Positions 25,193 to 38,793 of a DNA stretch of 56,204 nt are shown piece by piece. A program made the position numbers and the translations under genes. The notes under the pieces were generated by a model. That model was not told where the DNA came from. It searched no databases and saw nothing but the letters and a program-made list of their open reading frames with translations. The stretch's first letter is position 1, and the number at the start of each line of letters is the position of its first letter. Location: positions 62,001 through 118,204 of the forward strand of contig RSEE01000151.1 of the NCBI GenBank assembly GCA_003971905.1, given 5' to 3'. This stretch comes from Moniliella sp. 'wahieum'. Its lineage: Eukaryota.

Positions 25193-28100
25193 TCAAAGTC
25201 CCACACGCTGGCCTTCCCAATTGGATGCAAACGAGGCAAGAAGATCGTTGAGCGAAGTTCGGGAGGGCGTGGTGGGGGCTCCAAGCCGGCCATGGGGGCC
25301 GTCCAACTGTCCAGAGCAGGCGGGCCGGCGTCCGGCGCGTCCGTCGGGTTGGAGGGAGATGGGGGTCCCGCGCCGGGTCCGGACCCAGCACCGTAGCTGG
25401 GGCGGCCGAGGCAGAAAACGGTGGGGCGAGCGGGGCGGCAGTGTTGGTCCAGGGATTGGTGGAAGCGGAAAGCAGTTGCGCCAGTCGGAACGGGTCTGTC
25501 GCCGCAATCGGAGGCAAGGCAGGTGGACCCGGTGCAGGCACATGAGATACCATCGCTTCGGCTGGAATGCCCAACGCCGCTTGCACCCATAACTCGGGTG
25601 GAGCACCACGTTTTCCTGCCCCCCCACCTCCTTCGGTCCACTCTCCCCTGGCCCACCAGCTCCATCCCCATCCCCACTGGCGGCCATGCCATACCCGGCG
25701 TCTGGGCCGAGCTCGGTGTCGAGCCCGATGGAGTCGAGCCCTGACCCACGCTTGATTTGCTCTGCATCAGGTCCGTAGGGGAAAATGTGTGCGAGGGCAC
25801 GGGATTTGTACGGGGCGTAGCACCCGACAGCAGGTCCCATCCGGGGGTGGGTCGAACGGGTTGGGGGGATACAAAGAGGCGAGAGTGGGCATGCTCGTGT
25901 CGCCCGACGAGGAGGCAGCGGGGCGCCATCGGCCCCCGGTAGTCCGGCGCCCGAGGTAGCGTCAGAGGCGCCGGCCATGGGAGGCCAAGTCCAGATATTG
26001 CCCATGTCCAGCCCCACATCCCGCCCCGGCTCAAGGGGAAGAAGGGTGCGGCCGACGTGCCATTGTCCAACGAGGCGGGAGATCCGTCCGAGTCGTCCTT
26101 CGTCGGGTCGGGAGCGACCGAGAGGGGAGGCGACCGAGCCGGTTTGCTCGCTGCCGCTAGCCGCGTCCGAGATATCGATGGGTTGGAAATTGTTAAAGAG
26201 GGCGACGACAGGGTCAGCAATTAGACTCGCTTCCAGATCCTGCTCATCCTTCTCGGGCGAGCTGACGGACGAGCGCTTGGACCGCGACAGTTTGCCTTGG
26301 TTGCTCGGACGGTCGCCGGCACCCGAAGCCGAGCGGGCGGCGCGGATGCGCTCCAGACGTGCCCGCCCCAAGCGGGAGGCGAGATATCGCTGCCGCAGCT
26401 CCTTGCGCTGGGTGCAGAGCCCATGGAGAAGCAACTGACACACCTGCGCCGAGCGATTGCCTTGCGAGCCCAACTCTTCGAAAAATTGCAGCGTGTCAAA
26501 GATTTTGGACGCAAACCAGTCGAGATCGCTCGAGGGCCAAGTATGCGGTCCGCTACTCCCGGCCGACGCGGGCCCATCACACTCGGCAGAGAGAAAGGGA
26601 ACAGCAAAGGTCATGGAGGCGGCCAAAAGGTTGTCAGGATTCCACACGGCGCTGCGACAGACACGTCGGTCGCTCGTTATGGCCCGAATGAAAGGGATGA
26701 TCTCGAGCACCTTGCGAGCGTGCACCAGCGCCGCAAACCGCAGATCCTCCGGCGCATTCGGGTCATCCAGCCAGGGACGTGCCAACATCGATCGTAGGGT
26801 ATACGCATTGGACCACGTATGGGTAAGGGAGCCTGCTCGAAAAGGGTCGTTAAGAGCACGAATCGCCTCGCTATCGTCGCCGCACCTGAGGCCAGAGGCG
26901 GCTTCGCTGGACTTGGGTGGGCTCCAATCTAGTAGCTGTTCTTGAGACAGTCCCACGGCCGACAGATACTCTTCAAACAGATACGCAATCAACGCGTCCA
27001 GTGCCCGCGTCTTTTCGGCAGCTTCCTCCCGCGGAAGCGTGGGCAGCACACTGGCAATCCATCCCGAAATCGAATGTCAGTCTCAGACCCAATAAACGAG
27101 GAACGACAGCAAGCAAAACGTACCGCAAATGAAGACTCAGCTGAACAAGCACATCTGTGTACACAGGTAACCCACCCTCTTTCGGAAGGAAGCGTCGGAC
27201 TCTGACGCGGGTATGCGGTCGGTCAATAGAGCGCCGGTCTCAGGGTCAAAGTCGTCGTCCTTGCAAAACAAAGGCGGTTGCACGTTGAAAAACGCAGGGG
27301 TGACCGACCAGTCGCGTTGGAATTGCAAAGCTTCCCACCGATCCACAAAGACAAGCTTATGGGCCACGCGGCGGCGGTACTCTTTTTGTATATCCGTCAA
27401 GTGGCGCCAAGAAATATGTTGCTCGTCAAACAGGTGGATCGCCTGCCCGCGGCGGCAGCCGGCACCCACCTTCTCCCACAACAGGTCGCGCGCACCGAGG
27501 ACCGAAGCGTAAAATGCAGAGATCAAGTCGGTGAGAACACGCGTAAAGAGATCTCCTGGGCGCGTGGGATCATGCGCTGCCCCATGGGCAATGTCGAAGA
27601 GGAAAAGGGGCCGTAAGATTGACCATCACAAATCTCCATCGCCAGAGAATAGAGACGTGGGTGCTGGGCGCTGGGAGGGACCGAGAAGGACTTTTCTGCC
27701 TCGCTGCCAGGCGTGATTTGAAGACCGACAAGGGCGAGTAGCAACAAGAACAGCGCCACGACCGACCGAGGAACCGCGCCGGTATCACCCTTGTCTGGCT
27801 TGGACGGGGGATAGGCAAAGTGACGCCAAACACGGTTCAGATCGCCCATTGGAATCACGCCCACTGTTCCATTCAAAAAGGTGACATAGTAGTGGAACGC
27901 CTGCTCAAAATCACTCGGAGGCGGCAGCACATCCGCCAACTCGGCCCACGTTACCGATCGTTCTCGCATCATCGCGCACACGTCGGCGTTTTCGAGGCAC
28001 ATGGCAAAGCGGGTAGGTTGGGTAGAAGACGCGCCTGAGTAGGCATTCCCTTCGCCTGATGCCGATGGGGCGGGAGCCGTTCCAGCAGCAGGCGCGCCTT

Positions 28101-29034
28101 GGACATTGGGGAACGTGTTGACTTCGGGAGGCAGGTAGCTGCCCGAGTCAAACAGGGTGGGCTGCCGGGCGGAGCGCATGACCACAACCGGATTCTCCGT
28201 CTCCGTGTCGGCAGTGGCAGGGCGCATGGCCGCCGCCACATGGAGGGACTCGGGGCCATACGAACCACATCGTAGAAAATATCCTTGGTCAACGTCTCCT
28301 TGCTAGCGCAGCCATGGGAGGGGAGAGGATCGTCGGAATCGCTTTCGTGGTCGGGATCCAGGCGGCCGGTTGCTTTGTCCCGATCGCGTTGCTCCACCAC
28401 CTTGAGCAGCGAGTCGAGACGATGCAACGTTCCCCGCACGCCCTCGAGTTGAGCACGGACCTTATTGACATCCAGCGACGCGCCACTGTTGGTCGCCCCC
28501 GTCAGGGCAGCCGAAATGTCGGAGAGCGAGTCGAGGGCATAGCCCTGCGGGAGGGGTTCCTTGCGTTTGCGCGGCCGGGGCACGGGTGTCCGCACGCGGC
28601 TGCTGGGCCGCAGACGAGGACGGAGGCGCGGCAGGCGCAGTACTGGAGGTGGGCTGGTCGGGGTAGCAGAACTCGGTGGTGCTGCGAAGCACACACGATG
28701 CACACGGTCGGATGCGGTCGCACTTGGTCTTGCGCCGCCGGCATGGCTCGCAGTTTCGGCTGTAGCGGGGCGCGCTGTTGGGGGCGGGCGGGACCGCGAC
28801 GGAGGAGGCGGACGTAGTGGCGGCGGGGGCAGGGGGCGGGGGAAGGGAGCTGGGGCTGGGCTCGAGGCTGGGCATGGCGGTGGCGGCGGAGGGCGGCGGC
28901 GGAGGAGCGGCAGCAGCAGAGGACGAGGAAGACGACGGAGTGGACGCAGAGCAGAAGCAGACGCAGCAGACGCAGACGCAGAAAGCAGACGCAGATGTAG
29001 ACGCAGCCGCAGCCGCAAACACTGGCGAGTGCAT
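25193..29034 (-). CDS. Zn(II)2Cys6 fungal-specific transcription factor
   Basis: RYSRNCEPCRRRKTKCDRIRPCASCVLRSTTEFCYPD (six-Cys binuclear cluster, ~28770-28665), then a coiled coil and a helical middle region (LPPPSDFEQAFHYYVTFLN...). Intron 27123-27051 (GTACGT...CTGAC...CCAG). Multiple frameshifts; termini approximate. Confidence 0.85.
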
Positions 29035-30684
29035 CGAGGCCAAGACAGAGCCGAGCCGGGGCCGGGCGGGGGGATGGAAGGAGGAGCTTGCTATCCTCGA
29101 CGTGTGTTCGAATGGCCTGTGTACTGCTAGCAGCTCCTCAGTCATCGGCAGCAGCCGGAGAGAGGGTGACAGCGCGTCATCTATCACATGAAACGTTCCG
29201 GAACGTACGCTTTTTGTTGCACGTCGTACCTCGGTCCCAGCCAAAACAGGCAAGCCGGCACAGCGCCAGTCTGGGCGCTGCCTCGCCTCTACCTGCAAGT
29301 CGTTCTTTCTGGCCTGGCGGCGTATGCTGCACCCAGCACACCCGAGCAAGTCAGCCCTCCGCCCAACAACCCCCCAGGTTAGGCCCAGTCGCCGTTCGGC
29401 CGCTCTACAGCGGCAAACCCTCGCGGGTGGCAATTCAGTCGGAATACGCCGTCCTCATCGGTGTCAATGAAGCTTCAAGCTTCAAGTTGAAGCTCCAAGA
29501 GGGCCCGCGAGATGCCAGTCGCCGTCAAGGCGGCGAAGCGTAGCGGGGCAAAGCGGTCTTTTACTTTCGCTACAGCAGCCATCCGGACGCTATCAGCACT
29601 GTGGCCCTGTACAGTCACATGTCACACGTCACCGGGTAGGGGATTGGTTGCATGGCAGGGGCGCGCGGAGCCTTGTTGCGGAGACCCGAAAAGCTTTAAA
29701 CCTCCTCAGGCCCCAAGCCGGAAGCTGGAAGAGGGGCCCGAACGGGACGTGGACTATAGGACGCCAGATGCGCCCACGTCCTGAACCACTGCACGTTGAA
29801 TCGCCCCGTGACTAGCATGACTCGACAGTGCGGCCGTTATTTGCTTCGCTTGCCACAGATTCCGCGGCCCCGACCCCGCAGTGGTGCAATCCCGGATATA
29901 AGTGCGGCTCCGGGCATAAGCATACCCCGCGCACCACAGGTGTACGTATGTAACGGAAGGGGGTGTACTTTAACCCGCGTCTTTCATGCCTATACGCGGC
30001 CCGCTGAAGCTTGAAGCACGCCAAAAAGCTCCGAAGCACAGCGGACGACAGTAGGACACGGCAGTGGCCACGTCGGACGTGTGGAGGCGCGGTACACTTG
30101 GCTTCAGGCCGCAGGCCTGTAATAGACTTACTCTGTTCTGCACGCCCCCAACCTTAGCTATACACAGGGTTACAGAGCAAGATGTGCCCTGACCGCTAAT
30201 AGCTACCACTGTGAGGATGGATCAACAGTGTCGATAACGCCCAATCTTCTGCTGTCCATATAGAGTGCACATGGACGTCATTCCAGCCGCGAGCCATACC
30301 ATAGTGTAAGACCGGAGGAACCCAAGGATTTGATTGGGTGGATAACCTCTGGAAATGTAGAGCAATGCAATCGCGGTGATAGTGGTTAAGGATTAAGCTG
30401 TCTGCCCTAGAGGCGACAGGGGTTCAAACAAGCCGGAGTATAAAAACGTGGAAACTTCGGAGGTCAAGTAAAGGGGCAAAGGGGGAAAAGGCGCCCTGGC
30501 CCATGTGCGGGCCCGTGGGTCCCAACACATAGAGCACACCTTATATAACAAGAAAATACCACACCGATTCACCCCGGACTGTAGTTTGCCGACGGACTGA
30601 AAGCGGGCGGGGAAGGCGAAGACGAAGTAGACGTGGAAGGCACAGCAAAGACAGGTGAGCGTGCGCCAGGCCAATCCAACTCGC

Positions 30685-33600
30685 TCAGAGTGTGAACAGG
30701 AAGCGCAAGTCCGACACACTCAGCCGTCCCATAGCGCTGTCGTCCTTGCCGATCGCGGCCTCGATCATGGCGCTCTTCTTGTTTTGCAGTTCGATGATGC
30801 GACTCTCAATCGAGTTTTCAATGATCAGTCGCTTGACCACAATTGGCCGGTGCTGGCCAATGCGGTGAATGCGGTCCATTGCCTGCGTCTCCACCGACGG
30901 GTTCCACCACGGCTGACACGAGCCCAATCACAATGTCACAATGTCAGTTCACTTCTTTCGTTACGCGTCACGGATTAGGTGCGCCAGAGGGTACTTACAT
31001 CCATCAGATACACCCGGCTTGCCTCGACCAAATTGAGTGCCACGCCACCTGCCTTGAGGGAGAGAGGAGAACGGTGGTGTGGGTGTTGGCTTGAAAGTGC
31101 TTGATGGTCTTGTCTCGCGCTTCGGGGGTCATGGAACCTTCAAGGCGGCAGATGGAGAAACCAGCGCGTTGGAGCCGGAACGCAATCAGGTCCAAAAAAT
31201 TGGTAAACTGACTAAACACAAGCGATTTGATCGTCGAATCCTCCCGACGGAGCGAGATGAGCTCTTCGACCAACGCCTCAATCTTGGTTGACGACCGCCA
31301 CTGATCCATGTTGAGACGGGAGAGGATGCCCTGCCGCGCAGTGTCGTACCCGACCGGCGGGGAAAGCGCCTCTTGTTCCAGATCAATCACAATCGTCGCA
31401 TGGCAGTAGGGGCAGTCGTGGGCATGCACATGCGAGCCCGGTTCCGTCTCGAGATATTCGCGAATGCAGAGGCGGCAAAAGACGTGCCGGCACTTGGACA
31501 GGATCGGGTCCTCTGCCACATCCATACAGATTCGGCACACCCGGTTATTCTGCTCCGCATCATCGGCGAGCAGGTGCTGCTGAATTCCGGTTTGGGAGCG
31601 AAGCACCAGGTCGGGGTGGTTGGCCATCTGACGCATGCGGGTAAGGAGGGTAAAAATGTTGCTGTAGTTGTTCAGTACGGTACCCTGGTTGAGATAGGTG
31701 GAGAATTTGCGGGTAGTGTCCTTGTACAAGCTTTCGTACAGATCTTCCTCCTCTTCGTTGAACTGGTCGCGCCGGACCAGAACCGTGCGAGGCGGTAGTC
31801 CCATATCGTCCGCACGCTCGAGTTTGGTGCGGCGGAGCATGATGTGCGCCAAGAGCGAGTGCAGACGACCAAATGCGTCTCGCCCCTCGCCCGAGTCAAC
31901 GCCACCACGTTGAATGGGTTTGAGAATCTCACTGTTCCAGAAAGCGGAATGATGCATGGGCGTGTGGCCACATTGGTCGCAGGAGCGCTTATCGCTGAAA
32001 GACCAGTGAAGTGACTTGCACTCGCACCGCAGGCAAAAGTAGAACGCGTAAGGGTCTGCCCCCAAGAAACGGATCATAGAGTAGAGCTCTCCCACTCGGT
32101 TCTGCAGGGGTGTGCCGGAAAGACACCACCGATAATCTCCTGACAGCTCGAACGCAGCCTTGGCCATGTTGGTGGTTCGCTCCTTGATGTTGTGCGCTTC
32201 GTCCAACACAATCCGATGCCATGGGTGCTGTGGAGGGGGCTGTCTTCAAAAATAAGTTCGCCATTGCGCCTCCACCCTTTCACCTGCTTGCTGAACGATC
32301 GTTCCATCGTTTGGTAGGAGGTCAACACCACATCGTAGTTCTTGAGCTCGTTCGCATTCCGTTCGCGTTTGAGACCATGCCAAAGAAGGACATTCATCCC
32401 AGGCGTGTACTTGTTAATTTCGTTGCGCCACTGCATGATTGCGACCGTGGGAGCAACCACCAACGCTGGGCCTTTTTCTCGTGATAGTCCGACATGAAGA
32501 GCCCGATCATCTGGATCGTCTTGCCCATGCCCATCTCGTCAGCAAGAATGCCACCGGCCCACTCCGACTTTTCCTGTTTGGTGAGCCAGTTGATGCCCTC
32601 GAGCTGGAAGGGAGTAGTTTGATCGTCATGCCTGGTGGCTGTTCAGCCTCTTCGACTTTCCGAACAGGGATTGGGCGAGGTCCTCCCAAATGGTAGTTAA
32701 CTCGGGGTTGATGGGGCAACAACCGTTCGCGCAATTGGTCGTACCGGGACCGAGTATCTTTTCGCTTACGCGCTCGCTCCCGCCTCCGCCGTTGGATTGC
32801 CGTCTCATAGCGAATGTCCTCGGCCATCGAGCCACGAGCCAAAGGAACATCGGACAAGGCACCATCAGCAGCGTTCGGAGCATAGGCAGTGAACATGGGC
32901 TCATCACTGTCCGACTCGGAATCGGCCTGGACGTTGCTCTGCGCGTCATCAACCCGAAAGTCACTGTCGTCGTCATCGTCATCGTCTTGTTCGCTATCAT
33001 CGATCTTGGCCTGTTTGGATGACCGCGTAGCACGCTTACGTGGAGGGGGGGGCGAGAGGGGGCCGAAATCATCGTCGCTCTCGGACTTGTACTTGCGCTT
33101 TTTCTCTTGCGGTGTGGTCCGTCCACGAATTGGGGAAGGCGCCTTGGCCTTTCCCTTTCCTTTCGCTTTGCCACCATTTGGGCCTGAGTGGTGGTGGCTG
33201 GGGAGAGCGGAAAGGAGGAAGAGGCACTGGCCGATTCCTTTTAACGGCAGATTTGGCTTTGGACCGAGTGGATGGAAGGGTAGCTTTGGAAGACATCAAA
33301 ACAGCATCAACTTCATCCTCTTCGGTAGTGTCCCCCTCCATATTAGCTTCGACAAGACTTCCTCCTCTCTTCCTCCTTCACCTCTCTTGAGGGAGGGGCG
33401 CCCCTGCGACCAGAGGTAGACCGAGCGGGTTACGACGAGAAGCCTGGGCCCGCTTGGCAGGTGTGGGGGGGAGAGAGGCCTCCAAACCGTCGCTGGCCGG
33501 GACCACTACGGTGGAGGCAGCTGCAGTCTTGGCCGCACCACGGCGGGTGGACGCACGGGGGGCGGGCGCACAGGGACATGGCGCGGAGAGGACCCAGGAT

Positions 33601-33816
33601 CTGAGTCGGTGAGGCTGTCGGATTCGTCCACGACCACGACGGAAGCCAGCTTGGCCGGCGGGGGGGACGGGTCGGAGGGGGACGGGGAGGAGGCGACGGT
33701 GTGGGCCAGACTGGTTTGGCCCGTCGAGGCGGCGGCGGCGGCAGGCGACGGTGTCTCCGACACGGCGCGCAGACGGGCGGAGCGGCGGGGGGGCCGGCGG
33801 AGGCGGACACAGCCAT
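30685..33816 (-). CDS. RAD16: Rad16-like SNF2 helicase with RING finger (global-genome nucleotide excision repair)
   Basis: [62 protein letters not shown]; Rad16-specific C/H insert ([13 protein letters not shown]...[11 protein letters not shown]); RING CRICMD...CRHVFCRLC...[39 protein letters not shown] across intron 30998-30913. Indels present. Confidence 0.92.
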
Positions 33817-34307
33817 GGCGGGCGCGGTGGCGGAGGTGGCGGGCACAGAGCGAAGAAGAGCCAAAGCAGACGCCAGAAAAAGCGAAGACAGCGTAATCGC
33901 CCTGGCTGCTTCCAGCTTGACGCTTAATTACCTGAGCGGCTTATCGCAACACTGCCGCCTGCCGGGCGAGGATCGTGATCATCGACCGTCGGATATGCAT
34001 ACGCCGCAAACAAAGTTAGCTAAGCGCCGGCGCCAGCCGCGGCACTTTAAGTAACGAGCGAACCAGCGCAGGCGGAACGCGTCACGCGCGTCGGCGTGTC
34101 ACTGTCACACATCACACGCACATCACGCCCCTTCCAGCCCCTTCCGGCTCACCGGTCACCGATCACCGGTCACCGGCACCACGCTTGCGCATATCCGGCC
34201 AAGCCGCCTGTGCGTGCTTGGCTTGCAGGACTATACGAGGGAGGGTGTGCTCGCTACAGGGTATGCATTCAGCCGGAGCGACCGGGCCGACCAGTCCAGC
34301 CCCGCGA

Positions 34308-35302
34308 TTAGGACTTGATGATTTTGAGGCGCATCGACTTGTGCAGGTCTGCCGCAAAGTGTCCACACAGCGTCAGTATCAGTACAGAGCGCAGCGATGC
34401 GGGCAGAAACAGACCCACTTTCACGCAAGTAATCCAGGTGCTTGATGTGCAACGCAGCGTGCTGCTTCACCCCCTCCCCACTCCATATGCGCCGGCGGGC
34501 GTCGTAGCCAAAGACAACCGTGCGATCCGGCAGAGGTCGAGCACGGGTGTGCTTGGCCCGGTCGCGGTCGAGCACGGACGTGCTGGGCTGGTCGCTGTGT
34601 CGTGGGTCGCGGGCCGCGACATCCGGCCCGGTGGAACCAGCCACCTCCGCACCTTCCGACTGTCCATCTGGAAACACCCACACACGAGGGAATGTCAGTA
34701 CGCCCACACACAACACTGGGAAGAAGGCGAACCCAGTTGAAGTTCTTCGTCAAACGCTTGCCTCAACATCTCCTCCACATCGTGGCCAGCAATGGGGTTG
34801 GGGTACACCGAGCATCCGGCCCCAATGGTGCAGTGGGAGGGAATGGCCATGCCGGGAGCGACAAAGCTGCGCACCTCAAATGTGTTGTTGGAGCCTACCG
34901 AGGCAGCTTCCACACCTGCAGGTGGCAATGGAGTCAGTCAAGTGAGTGCGGGGCCTGCAGCAACAGAGGGCAGAGGGGTCGAATGATGACACGTACGGGA
35001 TCCGACCTCAAAGTAGTTATAATCGCCGATGCGAAGAATGCCAGGCCCTCTGTTTGACCAGGCAAAATGAGGCAAGTAAGGTCAGGACTGACCGGCCAAG
35101 AAGGAAGAAACACGACATACCGATTGATAATGACCGCTTCTTCTACGAGGCAACCGGTGCCCAGGATAATGGGCGCGCCAAGCGCCAAGATGGATGCACG
35201 TGGATGCACAACAGATTGCGTGCCAATGCGTACGTTTCCCAGGATAACGGATTCCTCCGCAAGCGTCACTCGTGTGCCCACCGTGATCTTGTCGGCCACC
35301 AT
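34308..35302 (-). CDS. DCTN6: Dynactin subunit 6 (p27), left-handed beta-helix protein
   Basis: MVADKITVGTRVTLAEESVILGNVRIGTQSVVHPRASILALGAPIILGTGCLVEE; GSRVEAASVGSNNTFEV...CTIGAGCSV; LPDRTVVFG...HAALHIKHLDYLRENLHKS. Introns 35120-35050, 34996-34916 and 34418-34349; stop TAA 34310-34308. Confidence 0.8.
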
Positions 35303-36715
35303 GCGGGGTCGTCTGGCGTCAGTCGGGGTAAGGCGGGGCAGATGGAGACGCGGGGGCCGCATGATCGCTTGTGGCCGAGGGCGACACTTTGCGTGCCGGA
35401 GCAAAGAACTGTTCAGCACTAGCGGGCATGCGCGTGGTTAGCTGGCGAAGAGACAGCGCGCGTATTGCGGAGCGGCGAGCTCACCTCTTGCTCATGCTCT
35501 GGCCCGGGAAACGATAGCAATGTGCGTGTGGCGCGCCCGCCCCAGCAATTGCGACAGCCGACAGCAGCCAACCGGATTGCGCCAAGCGAGCCGGTGGATT
35601 ACGTAACACCCGTCTGCTCTTCCATCCACTGCAAGCTCCGCCGCCTTCTGTGACACTTGCTTCTGAAATCCCTTCAAAACTATACGCTCAACAACGTTCA
35701 CTCCCTCAAGGAAGAGGAGGCCTGAGGGGGTCAGCGAGCAGCCCCATCGCTCATGCGCTCATCCATCTGGGTCGGATCGAGCTCGTTCATCGATCCTTCG
35801 CCTTCGTTGGCGCCGATTCAGAAGCTGGACATGCGCACAAGGCGTTTCCAAAAGACGTCTCTCTGTCAGCACTTGTTCGCAGCAGCCAGCTCAAGGCTCA
35901 GCCTGGCTCAGCCTTCCATCGTTGCGTTTGATCCATGCGGGAAACGTCGATACGCTCAGTTAATGCTGGGTTCAACGAGCGCTCAGCCTGTTGGTTCAGC
36001 AGCCGCGAGCTGACACGCACACGCAATTGCTGGTTCAATCTGCTGAGCTAGAGCACCCCATAGACGCTCTGTTGGTGACGATCGCAGCCGTCGAGTCGGT
36101 GCTGATGCGCTGATGCGCTGATGACTTGGGTTCAAATGGACCACGGTGGGTCCAGAGCTGGGCATGGCCGAGGACCAGCTGGTGGCCGCCGTCGTGACAG
36201 AGAAGTCGAACTTGCGGCTGGGCTCACTTGGCACGACGCATAACCGGCCTAACCATCCATAACCTCAGCAGCACCGGGCGGGCACGGGGGAAGCGGGCGG
36301 GGCAGTAGGGTTGGCCCAGGGTTGCACTTGTTTGCGCTCACAGTTTAATTTGAGCTCGGGGCGCTGGCCGCAGGCAGGGGCGGGTTGGCGTTGAAAGGGC
36401 TGGTTGGCGTCGCACGGCGCCAGTGGCCGCACCCGGGAATAGAACCATGCTCCCAGCGCAGCGGCCGCAGCCCAGCGCACCCCGTCGCGCTGCCCCTCCC
36501 CCCACGGGCTGCCTGGCCCGGGCCCAGCACGGCGCCAGTGCTCCCACCCCCCTGGTTTCACGGCGCTCGCTGTAGCGCATCGCATCGCACGGACCCCCCC
36601 GCCCGACGCAGCAGCAATAAAACCCACTTTGCTTCCGCCCCGCCGCGCCCACACCTTCTCCCCATCACCTCCCCTCCCTCCACTCCCCCTACAGCCACAT
36701 CCATACTCACTCACC

Positions 36716-37474
36716 ATGGCACGCACTTTCTTCGTCGGCGGCAACTGGAAGATGAACGGGTCGATCGACTCGGTCTCCAAGCTCGTTGCCAGCCTCACTA
36801 CGTCCCAGCTCGGCAAGGGCACTGAGGTCGTCGTTGCGCCCCCCTTCCTCTACCTGCTGGATGTGCAGGCCAAGATTGCCGCCGCGGGCAAGTCCAAGGA
36901 GATCCAGGTCGCTGCCCAGAACGCTTACCCCAAGCCCTCGGTGCGTTCACTGGTGAGGTTTCCGTCGCCCAGCTGGCCGACGCCAAGATTCCCTGGGTCA
37001 TCCTTGGCCACTCGGAGCGCCGCACCTACTTTGGCGAGACGAACGAGATTGTTGCTGAAAAGACCAAGGCCGCCCTTGACGCTGGCCTCAAGGTCATCCT
37101 CTGCATTGGCGAGACTCTTGCCGAGCGTGAGGCCGGTAAGGGAGACTGTTGTGGACGAGCAGCTTGCCGCGGTGGCCAAGGCTGTTCCCAGCGACTGGGC
37201 CAGCCGCATTGTGATTGCCTACGAGCCCGTCTGGGCCATTGGCACGGGCAAGACGGCGACGCCAAAGCAGGCCCAGGAGTGCACGCGTTCATTCGCAAAT
37301 GGCTTGCCGACAAGCTGGGCGCTGCCGACGCCGAGAACACGCGGATTATCTACGGTGGCTCGGCCAACGCGGGCAATGTAAGGAGCTTGCCCAGCAGCCC
37401 GACATTGACGGCTTCCTGGCTGGCGGCGCTTCGCTCAGCCCGAGTTTGCCACCATCTGCTCGGCTACCCCCTGA
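36716..37474 (+). CDS. TPI1: Triosephosphate isomerase
   Basis: MARTFFVGGNWKMNG, ILGHSERR, IVIAYEPVWAIGTGKTATP, RIIYGGS, DIDGFLAGGASL. Catalytic K, H and E present. About 5 short deletions shift the frame (likely sequencing errors). Confidence 0.97.
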
Positions 37475-38158
37475 TTTGCCCTCACGACAATGATATTGAC
37501 CAGCAGCGCAATGACATTTACTGCACTACAAGGTCTAGTCATCTGGTCATCGATTATCCTGCTCTGGTAGTTATTTGCTGTCTCGCACGTTTGCAGATCT
37601 CTTGTGTTTCGTTAGATCGGCTCTACACTGTGTGTGCCGTATGCGTCGTCGCTGTCCTCTCAGGGAGCGCACTGCTGAAGGAGGAGTGGAATGGGGATGT
37701 GGTTCTGAGGAGAGGTACAGGAGGCTATGAGAAGGGTAGGGCCTTATATAGACGAGGGTACCGCGGAGCTGAGGAAGCTTCCGGGCGGGTAGAGGGGTGA
37801 TGACTATCACGCAGGATGGCGTGATTGGGGCATCGCCCCAACAGGCACTACTAGATGGTAGCTGAGAAATTTAGAACCCCATGGAATAGCCCAAACCGAT
37901 CGCGCTGAGATTATCGATTAGGGGGCTGCTGAAGGTCGGAAGATCGAGGTGCCGCAGCGCAGATGGCACTATTGAATCGAGGCCTACTCCTCAGCCGGGG
38001 GGCGCAAGGTGTGGCGCTTATTACGTCAGCATGCCCCCATACCAAACTCCCATGATTAAACGAATGAGCTCGGGCCACTTGCCTTGAGCATGGGCAGCTA
38101 GTTTCGTGCCTCTTCTCCCCTCCTCCACCTCTCTTTTGATCGCTGCACCATCTTGACC

Positions 38159-38793
38159 ATGGCTCCCAAAGTCCTTCTCATTGCCGGCGATGCGTCGGAA
38201 GACTTGGAGGTGTACTACCCCTACCAGCGTCTGCTCGAGGAGGGTTACGCAGTCGACATTGCCGCGCCAAGCGTCAAAACGCTGCAGCTCGTTGTGCATG
38301 ACTTTGTCCCTACCTTTGACACGTTTACCGAGAAGCCCGGTCACACGATCAAGAGCGACATGTACGTTGTTTCCTGGTGTGAAGGAGGGGTCGGGTGGCA
38401 GGCTGACCTCTTGGTTCGTTTTTCCTGGCAGTGCTCTTGACAATGTGAAGCCAGAGGAGTACGTGGCGCTCGTCGTGCCCGGTGGCCGGGCGCCTGAGTA
38501 CCTGCGCAACCACCCGGCCGTGCCTGGGATTGTTCAGCACTTTGTCCAGGCCAACAAGCCAATCGCGCATCTGTGCCATGGCGCTCTGATCCTTGCAGCC
38601 GCCGGGGTGCTCAAGAACGGCGTTAAAACGGCCGCCTACCCGCGCTCAGACGGACGTGGTCCTGGCCGAGGCGAGTGGGACGAGCAGTGCCCGTTGTGGC
38701 AAGAAGATTGTTAGTGCCCAGGCCTGGCCCGATCACCCGGCCTGGTTCCGCGCGTTCCTCGCTATCCTGCGCAAGGATGCGCCCCTCAACTAG
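38159..38793 (+). CDS. DJ-1/PfpI family protein (putative glutathione-independent glyoxalase III / deglycase); intron 38362-38431
   Basis: MAPKVLLIAGDASEDLEVYYPYQRLLEEG...VVHDF...DTFTEKPGH; spliced into IALDNVKPEEYVALVVPGGRAPEYLR; nucleophile elbow HLCHG; C-terminus AQAWPDHPAW. Intron GTACGT...GCTGAC...GCAG. Indels near 38640-38690. Confidence 0.9.

Noticed and set aside
36716..37474. TPI1 (and other frameshifted genes) as pseudogenes or programmed frameshifts
   Set aside because: Indels are scattered, homopolymer-associated and affect many unrelated conserved genes whose catalytic residues are intact, which fits sequencing error.
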